A DNA stretch of 64,000 bases from positions 2,496,001 through 2,560,000 of the forward strand of contig CBDBHB010000009.1 in NCBI GenBank assembly GCA_965205505.1. The letters are read 5' to 3'. The notes beneath the pieces were generated by a model, which saw only the letters and a list, made by a program, of their open reading frames with translations, was not told where the DNA came from and did no database searches. Source of the DNA: Acidobacteriota bacterium. Lineage in GTDB: Bacteria; Acidobacteriota; UBA890; WLXD01. Numbering within the stretch: position 1 is the stretch's first letter; each line of letters starts with the position of its first letter. The translations under genes and the position numbers were made by a program. Below are positions 7,986 to 15,568 of this stretch, one piece after another.

Positions 7986-10880
7986 ATGTGGAGCTGCTCC
8001 CGAGGCATCACACCGGTGCTCGTTTTGCTCGCTGCCGCTGCGGCGTGCAGCACCACCGAGATCCCATTCGAGCAAGGCGACCACGTGGTGCTCATCGGCA
8101 ACGCGCTGGCGGACCGCATGCAGCATGACGGCTGGCTGGAAGCGCACCTGCAATCGGAGCTCCCGGATCTGCAACTGGTGATCCGCAACCACGGCTTTGC
8201 CGGCGACCGCCTCGATCATCGCCCGCGCGTCAAGGGATCGGTGCCTGGTCGTGATGACGGGCCTGCCGGGCCCGGGTTCCCGAGCGCCGACGAGTATCTG
8301 TTGTTCTCGCAAGCCGACGTCGTCGTCGCCATGTTCGGCTACAACGAATCCTTCGACGGGCAACCGGCGCAGTTTGCCGAAGCGTTGAACGACTGGATCG
8401 ATCATACGCGAGCGCAGAGCTATTCCGGCCGCGGAGCGCCGCGGATCGTGCTGCTGTCTCCCATCGCGCACGAGGACCTTCACGACCCGAACCTACCGGA
8501 CGGCCGCGAGAACAACGCCCGCCTCGCCGCCTACACGGAGGCCATGGCGGCGGTGGCGCGAGACAGGAGCGTGCCCTACGTCGACCTGTTCGGTCCTTCG
8601 CAGGAGCTCTATCGCGCCGCCGCGGATCCGCTGACCATTAACGGCATTCACCTGAATAGCGACGGCAACCGGCGAATCGCCGAGGTGATCGTCGAGTCAT
8701 TGGTGGGTCGGGCGCCGAGTGCCGATCCGGAGACGCTCGAGGCGGTGCGCACCGCGGTTCTCGACAAGAACTGGCACTGGTTCAACCGCTACCGCGCCAC
8801 GGACGGCAACGACGTCTGGGGCACACGCTCATCGCTCGCCTTCACCGATGACCAGACGAACTTCGAGGTGCTGCAGCACGAGCTCACGCAGCTCGACGTG
8901 ATGGCTGCGAACCGCGATGCGGTGACCTGGGCCGCGGCCAACGGCGCCTCCCTGGCGCCCGACGACTCCGACGTGCCCAAGCCCGTCGAGGTCAAGACGA
9001 ACCTGGCGGAGCCTCAGGTTCAGGACGGCGTGAGCATCACCGGCACGCTCGACTTCATGACCCCGCAGGAGAGCATCGACAAGATGTCCCTGGACGAGGG
9101 CCTGCGCGCCAATCTCTTCGCCTCCGAGGAGATGTTCCCGGAGCTCATCAACCCGGTGCAGCTCGGCGTCGACACGCGCGGGCGGCTGTGGGCGGCGACG
9201 TGGGCGACCTACCCGAAGTGGGAGCCGACCAAGGCGATGGACGATCGCCTGCTGATCCTCCCCGACGAGGATCGCGACGGCGTCGCCGACGAGGCGATCA
9301 CCTTCGCCTACGTACACAATCCGACCGGCTTCGAGTTCTGGAACGGCGGCGTGATCGTCGCCTCGGTGCCCGACCTGCTGTTCCTCAAGGACACCGACGG
9401 CGACGACGTGGCCGATGTGCGCATCCGCGTCCTCGGCGCGCTCGGATCGGCAGACACACATCACTCGGCCAACAACTTCGTATACGGTCCCGACGGGTTC
9501 ATCTACTACCAGCGCGGCATCTTCAACGTTTCCAACGTCGAGACGCCCTGGAGGTCGAACCAGGAATCGAACGCCTCCGGGATGTACCGCTTCAACCCGC
9601 GCACCTACGAGTTCAGCTTCCACGCCGAGAATGTGCCCAACGCGCACGGAATCAGCTTCGACTACTGGGGCTACCACTACGCCACCGACGCCACCGGCGG
9701 AGCCGCCTATCAGGTGAAGCCTAACGGCGACGCCTCGTTCAGCATGCGCTCGTTGCTGCAGCACACAGTGCGACCGGTGCCGAGCAGCGGAATCCTCTCC
9801 AGCGCGCACTTTCCCGACGAGAGCCAGGGTAACTTCCTTATCCTCAACGCCATCGCGTTCCTCGGGATCAAGCAATACGAGCTGACGTTCGACACCGACA
9901 CCGACACCGGCGACGTGCACGGCACCGAGATCGACGATTTCCTGGTCTCCACCGACCCCAACTTCCGGCCCACCGACTTCGAGATCGCCGACGACGGTGC
10001 GGTGTACGTCGCCGACTGGGCCAATGCCATCGTTGGACACATGCAGCACAACGTGCGCGACCCTGCTCGCGACCATGCGCACGGGCGCATCCACCGGATC
10101 ACCGTGCCGGGGCGGCCGTTGTCGGACCACGTCGCCATCGATGGACGGCCGATCCCGGAGCTGCTCGCTGCTCTCGAGCATCCGATCAACGGCATCCGGC
10201 GTCGGGCGCGCGTGGAGCTTTCCGAACGCGACAGCGCCGCGGTGATTGCCGCCACCGAGGAGTGGCTGCAGCAGTTCGATGCCCGCGGTGCGCGCGACGC
10301 GCACCATTTTCTGGAAGCGCTCTGGGTGCATCAGCAGCACAACGTCGTCAACCGCGACCTGCTGGCGCTAGTGCTCAACTCTCCCGAGCCGCACGCGCGC
10401 ATCGCGGCCCGGACAGTGGAACAGTTCTGGGATCACAACGCCGCGGAGCCGTTCGACTTCGCCTCGCGGCTTGCGGACGACCCCGACATCGAAGACGTCA
10501 CTCCCGATCCGGACGCCATCGTCATCCGGACGCTCGTCGACCAGATGCGGTTCGATATTGCCGAGTTCACCGTCAACCCCGGGCAGAGCGTGAAGATCTG
10601 GTTCGAGAACCCCGACTACATGCCGCACAACCTGATCATCGGCGAGCCCGGCTCGGCCGAGGAGATCGGCCTGGCCGCCGAGGCGCTCGGCGCGGTGGGC
10701 TTCGCCGTCGGGTTCCTGCCCGCCAGTGACAAGATCATTGCCGCGTCGGAGTTGCTCAACCACCGCGAGTACCAGGTGCTCGAGTTCACCGCTCCGAGCG
10801 TGGTCGGCGACTACGACTTTCTTTGCACGTTCCCGAACCACTGGCAAACGATGCAGGGGCTCATGCGGGTGGTGGAGTAG
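7986..10880 (+). CDS. Multidomain lipoprotein: SGNH-like + PVC-type membrane-bound dehydrogenase-like propeller + HEAT + azurin/auracyanin-type cupredoxin
   Basis: AAAC lipobox; GYNE and NGIHLN; D-x-D-x-DG-x-AD repeats; FRPTD..DGAVYVADW..GHMQH; C-terminal MPHNL...CTFPNHWQTM. Confidence 0.8.
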   Translation: MWSCSRGITPVLVLLAAAAACSTTEIPFEQGDHVVLIGNALADRMQHDGWLEAHLQSELPDLQLVIRNHGFAGDRLDHRPRVKGSVPGRDDGPAGPGFPSADEYLLFSQADVVVAMFGYNESFDGQPAQFAEALNDWIDHTRAQSYSGRGAPRIVLLSPIAHEDLHDPNLPDGRENNARLAAYTEAMAAVARDRSVPYVDLFGPSQELYRAAADPLTINGIHLNSDGNRRIAEVIVESLVGRAPSADPETLEAVRTAVLDKNWHWFNRYRATDGNDVWGTRSSLAFTDDQTNFEVLQHELTQLDVMAANRDAVTWAAANGASLAPDDSDVPKPVEVKTNLAEPQVQDGVSITGTLDFMTPQESIDKMSLDEGLRANLFASEEMFPELINPVQLGVDTRGRLWAATWATYPKWEPTKAMDDRLLILPDEDRDGVADEAITFAYVHNPTGFEFWNGGVIVASVPDLLFLKDTDGDDVADVRIRVLGALGSADTHHSANNFVYGPDGFIYYQRGIFNVSNVETPWRSNQESNASGMYRFNPRTYEFSFHAENVPNAHGISFDYWGYHYATDATGGAAYQVKPNGDASFSMRSLLQHTVRPVPSSGILSSAHFPDESQGNFLILNAIAFLGIKQYELTFDTDTDTGDVHGTEIDDFLVSTDPNFRPTDFEIADDGAVYVADWANAIVGHMQHNVRDPARDHAHGRIHRITVPGRPLSDHVAIDGRPIPELLAALEHPINGIRRRARVELSERDSAAVIAATEEWLQQFDARGARDAHHFLEALWVHQQHNVVNRDLLALVLNSPEPHARIAARTVEQFWDHNAAEPFDFASRLADDPDIEDVTPDPDAIVIRTLVDQMRFDIAEFTVNPGQSVKIWFENPDYMPHNLIIGEPGSAEEIGLAAEALGAVGFAVGFLPASDKIIAASELLNHREYQVLEFTAPSVVGDYDFLCTFPNHWQTMQGLMRVVE

Positions 10881-11041
10881 GGGGGGAAGACGCGAGGATC
10901 GTCGCAGGTGCGGCCGCTAGCTCCTCGCCCGTTGCCTGAGCCGGTTGCGACCCCCGACTTTCACTGATGCTGCCGCCACGACCCGTCGGGCAATTGGATC
11001 CAGTCACCTCGACGCGCGTCGGCGCGCAGCGCGGCAGCATC

Positions 11042-11073
11042 TGATACGGCATCACGTAGACGACGATGCCGGT
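11042..11073 (-). pseudogene. Relic copy of the DUF420 gene 3' end
   Basis: 28/32 nt identical to 12222-12253; translates TGIVVYVMPYQ versus TGIIIYVMLYH. Confidence 0.6.
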
Positions 11074-11112
11074 GACGCGGGTTGCTCTTGCGCTAAGGAG
11101 CGAGCCTGATCG

Positions 11113-12030
11113 CTAGCGGATTACGGTGTCTTCGCCACGCTCGTCAATCAACTTCTGGATGTGCTCAACGAGCCGTCCGCGTCGCTCCACGAGCGCGCCC
11201 ATCTGCGTCGGCGCGAGGTAGGTGTCGATCGCTGCGCGGATCTGTGCATCGGTCACCTGGTTCAGCAGCTGCCACGTGCGCCGAGTGCACCAGACGAACT
11301 CATCGCTGTACTTCAGCTCCCTGCGCATCTGGAATGCGCGTGAGTGATCGATCATCCAGAGCTTCCAATCGGCGTCGAAGAGGTAGTTGCCTGGGTTCCG
11401 GTCGTCGTTGAAGATCAAGCTGTCGAAGAGCCGCATGGCCTGGACCTGGCGCAGCCAGTCGCTTATCACCGGCGGGCGCAATCCCGCCTCGTTTCGATCG
11501 GTCTCGCTGCGCGTTTCCTCCATCCAGAGCTGTACACTGCCCTCGATTCCGTTGACCCTGCGGCATACCGTCGGCGGCACGTTGTCGAGCTCGAACAGGC
11601 GCGCCAGCACATAGGCAGCGCACTGGTTCTTGTAGCTGTCGTAGTAGCTGCGGAACATGCGCCCGCCCACGCGGGAGTCGCTCGTCACGTTGTTGATGGC
11701 GTGAAACGCTCCGCGCGCGCGGATGCCGTCGTGCTCGAGCACCAGGCGCTTTATCCCCGCGATGCCGATGCCGACATTCTCAGACGACACGATCCGGGCT
11801 GTGCGCAGGAACTCCGTCGCCTCATTGTAGGTTCGAAACGGCAATGGCTTGCCATCGGGCCCTGGCCACAAGCGGGGAATCTCTGCATGATCCTGAGACC
11901 GATGCGCCCAGGCGAGCGTGTTCGCACCGAGCGCCAGCGCCAACACCAGTGCCACGGTGACGGCGCCGAAGAAGCGCCCGGTCGCATCAACGTGGCGAGC
12001 AGTCGGGTCGCTTCTCTTGGGAACGGCCAT
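11113..12030 (-). CDS. Exported/anchored atypical kinase-fold protein (PI3/4-kinase-like)
   Basis: AAY..VPPTV.R, GSVQLWM, LFDSLIFNDDRNPGNYL, MIDHSRAF; GGAGG SD before ATG 12030. Confidence 0.7.
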   Translation of the reverse strand: MAVPKRSDPTARHVDATGRFFGAVTVALVLALALGANTLAWAHRSQDHAEIPRLWPGPDGKPLPFRTYNEATEFLRTARIVSSENVGIGIAGIKRLVLEHDGIRARGAFHAINNVTSDSRVGGRMFRSYYDSYKNQCAAYVLARLFELDNVPPTVCRRVNGIEGSVQLWMEETRSETDRNEAGLRPPVISDWLRQVQAMRLFDSLIFNDDRNPGNYLFDADWKLWMIDHSRAFQMRRELKYSDEFVWCTRRTWQLLNQVTDAQIRAAIDTYLAPTQMGALVERRGRLVEHIQKLIDERGEDTVIR

Positions 12031-12199
12031 GCGAACCTCCATCGCGTGCTGGCACCGAGGCCTCTACGCGGTAGGCACGCAAGGTAATCGAAACATTGGG
12101 CCGACATCAACAGCGGAGAGCACTATGGCCATGAAACGCACCCTGCAGACTCCCTCGAATTCCGTAGATGCCGGCGCAGCTCGGATTCATCGATGACGA

Positions 12200-12649
12200 T
12201 TACGGGGCAGTCCCGGGAACGTGATACAGCATCACGTAGATGATGATCCCGGTCAGCGAGACGTAGAGCCATATCGGCAGCGTCCAGCGCGCCAGCGCGG
12301 CGTGCTGCGCGAACCGCCCGCGGAGGGCGCGCGCCAGCGTCCACAGGACCATGGGCGCGGTGGTGACCGCGAGAACCGTATGGGTCAGCAGGATTGTCAT
12401 GAAGAGGGCGCGAACCGCCGTCCCGTCGTGCCCGAACCGCGTCGTGCCGATGTGGTAGTGGAGCGTCAGGTAGCCGGTCAGGAAGAACAGGCTGCTGACG
12501 AAGGCGCCGAGCATACAGGCACGATGCGCCCCGATACGGCGCCTGCGGATGAACCGGTAGCCGCTCAGCAGCAGTACGGCACAGGTGCCGTTGAGCCCGG
12601 CGTTGATGAGCGGCAGGGAGCGAACCCAGTCGGGAGCGGTATCCATCGG
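12200..12649 (-). CDS. DUF420 (YozB-like) membrane protein
   Basis: LPLINAGLN, HRACM, ILLTHTVLA, H..LARWTLPIWLYVSLTG. Confidence 0.9.
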   Translation of the reverse strand, partial: PMDTAPDWVRSLPLINAGLNGTCAVLLLSGYRFIRRRRIGAHRACMLGAFVSSLFFLTGYLTLHYHIGTTRFGHDGTAVRALFMTILLTHTVLAVTTAPMVLWTLARALRGRFAQHAALARWTLPIWLYVSLTGIIIYVMLYHVPGTAP

Positions 12650-12658
12650 ATGCACAGC

Positions 12659-13552
12659 TCAGAAGACCTGCCGGTCGAGCAGCATGAGGGCGAGCAGCGC
12701 CGGCAGGTAGATCAACGAGTAAAGGAAGGCAGCCCGGTCGGTCCGCCGCGAGGGCTTCAATGCGGCGCGCACGGCGCTCCCCAGGAAACCCACACCGAGC
12801 AAGATCGACCCGGCCAGGTACACGGTTCCTGTCGCACCGGTCCAGACCAGCGACGCGGAGATCGGGATCAGCGCTACGCAGTAGAAGATCATGTGTCGAT
12901 ACGCTTGGGGATCGTCCTCCTGAACGCCCGTCATCATCATTCCGGCGCTGCGGTAGTCGTCGCGAAACAGCCGCGCGATAGCCAAGAAGTGGGGCATCTG
13001 CCAGAAGAACAGGATGGCGAACAGCACCGCGGCGGTGCGATCGAGCTGTCCGGTGGCCGCCGCCCAACCGATCATCGGCGGGGTGGCACCAGGAACTGCG
13101 CCGACCAGCGTGCAGAGCCGCGACAAACGCTTCAGCGGCGTGTAGACGAAGACGTAGAGCACGAACCCGCCAGCGCCCAGTGCTGCCGATAGAAGGTTGA
13201 CCTGGAACGCCAGAACGGCGACGCCGACGACCGCAAGCATGACTCCGAAGGCTCCGGCGGGCCCAGCCCATAGGCGCCCGGACGGCAGCGGTCGATCGCG
13301 TGTGCGGCGCATCAAGGCGTCGATTTCGCGCTCGTTTACCTGGTTGAGCGCGTTGGCCCCCCCTACCACGAGGATGGTGCCCAACAGCGCGAAGGCCAGC
13401 GGGATCAACGTCGCGCTCGGCCGTGGCGCCAGCAGGAACCCGGCCGCCGTGGTGGCGAGCACGAGCGCGCTCAGGCGCGGCTTGGTGAGCGCGATGTAGT
13501 CGGCTAGCCGGGTGGGAGGGCTGCTAGCTGCGGACGCCGACGATGTCGTCAA
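12659..13552 (-). CDS. ctaB: Protoheme IX farnesyltransferase (heme O synthase)
   Basis: LTKPR, N...EREIDALMRRTRDRPLPSG, YTPLKR, WQMPHF, DDY; TTG start overlaps ctaA stop. Confidence 0.95.
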   Translation of the reverse strand: MTTSSASAASSPPTRLADYIALTKPRLSALVLATTAAGFLLAPRPSATLIPLAFALLGTILVVGGANALNQVNEREIDALMRRTRDRPLPSGRLWAGPAGAFGVMLAVVGVAVLAFQVNLLSAALGAGGFVLYVFVYTPLKRLSRLCTLVGAVPGATPPMIGWAAATGQLDRTAAVLFAILFFWQMPHFLAIARLFRDDYRSAGMMMTGVQEDDPQAYRHMIFYCVALIPISASLVWTGATGTVYLAGSILLGVGFLGSAVRAALKPSRRTDRAAFLYSLIYLPALLALMLLDRQVF

Positions 13553-14511
13553 GCGATTGCCCCCGAGATCTGCCGCACGTCGACGGGCGACTCTGATGAC
13601 GGGGCGATTCGGCGATGCGCCCGGGCGGTGAGCACGACCAGGCTGCAGAGCAACAGTGCGCCGCCGAGCACGTGTGCGGTGGTCGTGTAGACCTCCAGCT
13701 GCGAGATTACGCTGAGCGCTCCGAGGAGGACCTGCAGGGCCACGCAGCCGAGAGCCGCCAGCGCCGGGCGGCGGAACTCGGGCACGTCGGGATAACGAGC
13801 CCAGGCGCGCTCGGCGAGCCAGAACACCAGCGCGGTGACGACGAGCGCGCCGACTCGGTGCGACATGTGGAGGGCAATCGCCCCGCTGGTCAGATCGGGC
13901 AGCAACCGTCCGTTGCACAGCGGGAAATCGGGGCAGGCGAGACCGGCTCCGGTGTGGCGCATCGCCGCGCCGAGCAGGATCTGCAGGTAAGCTGCGGCGG
14001 TAGCTACCAGGGCGAGCCGCCGCAGCTCACCAGCAGGCGCCGCGGTTCGCCGGTGGGTGGCGTGCCAGCTTGGCGACGTTGCGATCGCCAGCAGCGTGAC
14101 GATTGCCAGGAACAGCATCGCCGTTCCCAAGTGCGACGTCGACACGACGGGCGGCAGCAGCCAGATCACCGTGATGCCGCCCAGCAGCGCCTGAACAACC
14201 ACCGTGCCGAGCGCCAGCCAACCCAGTCGTCGCACCCAAGCACGGGCCTCACAACGCGATACCCAGAACGCCAGCGCTGCGGTCATCAGGCCGACGGCGC
14301 CGGCGATCATGCGATGGCCGTGCTCGTAGAAGATTCCGCCCACCATCGGTGGGAAGAGCATGCCGTACGACAGCGGCCAGTCGGGTACCGCCAGGCCTGA
14401 GTCGGTACTGGTCACCATACCGCCCGCGACGATCAGCACCAGGGTCGCCGCTGTCACCAACAGCGCGTACCGGTGCAGCCACCCCCCGGCCGTCTCCTGG
14501 CGCCTGCTCAT
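13549..14511 (-). CDS. ctaA: Heme A synthase (CtaA/COX15)
   Basis: SGLAVPDWP, EHGHR, STSH, GLACPDFPLCNG, HMSHR, TTAH. Confidence 0.93.
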   Translation of the reverse strand: MSRRQETAGGWLHRYALLVTAATLVLIVAGGMVTSTDSGLAVPDWPLSYGMLFPPMVGGIFYEHGHRMIAGAVGLMTAALAFWVSRCEARAWVRRLGWLALGTVVVQALLGGITVIWLLPPVVSTSHLGTAMLFLAIVTLLAIATSPSWHATHRRTAAPAGELRRLALVATAAAYLQILLGAAMRHTGAGLACPDFPLCNGRLLPDLTSGAIALHMSHRVGALVVTALVFWLAERAWARYPDVPEFRRPALAALGCVALQVLLGALSVISQLEVYTTTAHVLGGALLLCSLVVLTARAHRRIAPSSESPVDVRQISGAIA

Positions 14512-14536
14512 CGTGGTCTCGATTGTTCCCAAACGA

Positions 14537-14567
14537 CGTCGGCGCCCCTCTTGGTGGGGCGCCGACG
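14537..14567 (-). terminator. 12-bp perfect hairpin between cupredoxin-like gene and ctaA
   Basis: CGTCGGCGCCCC-7 nt-GGGGCGCCGACG; weak U tail, so could be a stability hairpin. Confidence 0.5.
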
Positions 14568-14616
14568 AAGAAGGCCGTGCTGTGAGCCTCGTCGCAGCGC
14601 GACAGGCGTGTGGGGG

Positions 14617-15393
14617 TCAGCCTCCGAAGCTGATGCTCGCCGCGGCTGTCTCGTTCGGGGCCACGGTAACGCTCTGCGTCTGCGTGCCCAACGTTTCGTG
14701 CCACGCCTCGATCACGTAATCGCCTGGGGGCAGGTTGTCGATCGAGAAGCTGCCGTCGGTGCCCGACACGGCGAAGTACGGATGGTCGAACACGTTGATG
14801 AACGCCGACATCCAGGGGTGTACATCGCATCGTGCGGGAATGCCGACCTCGGCGTTGTCGAACACCTTTTCGATGACCATTCCGGCGAGCGGCTGCGCCT
14901 GGTTGAACGCGGAGTTTTCGTTCGGCTGGACGTTGACGTTATGGAGCGTGTCGTCGTCGTTGAGGATCGTCAGCATCTGGCCGGTGCGCAGCGCGACGAT
15001 GTGCGGTGCGTAGATGCACCCGTTCTGGCCCATGCTTGCCGGGCCGCTGGCGGCCGGGAAGGTGTAGCCTTCGAGCCCGGCGGCGACGTGCACGACCACG
15101 TTCATCAGGCCACCCGCGTCGTCGACCAGCACCGGCGACGTCGTCACTGTGTCGCTGTGGGCGAGCTGACAGAAGGGGTCGGCGGCCATCTGGATGGTGT
15201 CGGCGGCGGGCGCATCGCCCGAGAACATCACCGTGCCGCTGATGCCGCCGGCGTCGCTCAGGTCAGGCGCGGTTGCCGCTGGGGCGCTGGTATCCGGGGT
15301 CGGTGTGGCCGCATCGTCGACACCACCGCCGCAAGCGGCTACGGCGACGAGCGCGATCGATGCGACGACCGCTGCGAACTTTCGTTGCTGCAT
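14617..15393 (-). CDS. Lipoprotein with cupredoxin-like type-1 Cu motif and carboxypeptidase-regulatory-like C-terminus
   Basis: VAAC lipobox; LHNVN and CDVHPWM; HPYFAVS..DGSFSI..LPPGDY. Confidence 0.8.
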   Translation of the reverse strand: MQQRKFAAVVASIALVAVAACGGGVDDAATPTPDTSAPAATAPDLSDAGGISGTVMFSGDAPAADTIQMAADPFCQLAHSDTVTTSPVLVDDAGGLMNVVVHVAAGLEGYTFPAASGPASMGQNGCIYAPHIVALRTGQMLTILNDDDTLHNVNVQPNENSAFNQAQPLAGMVIEKVFDNAEVGIPARCDVHPWMSAFINVFDHPYFAVSGTDGSFSIDNLPPGDYVIEAWHETLGTQTQSVTVAPNETAAASISFGG

Positions 15394-15568
15394 TGTCAAC
15401 TCCTAGGGCGATTCTCACCGCCGCGCCGGGATCGGGCGGAGCGCGGGAATCTGTTCAGAACAACGGCGTAGATTATGCCCTGATTGGGCGGGTCACGCCC
15501 GCCTGTCTGCGGGTGCAAGGCTGCTGCTGCGTTGCGTCCAGGAAGCGCTGCTATTCCTTCACGGGAAA

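Noticed and set aside
9891-9908. (GACACC)x3 tandem repeat
   Set aside because: In-frame Asp-Thr loop repeat with no sign of phase variation
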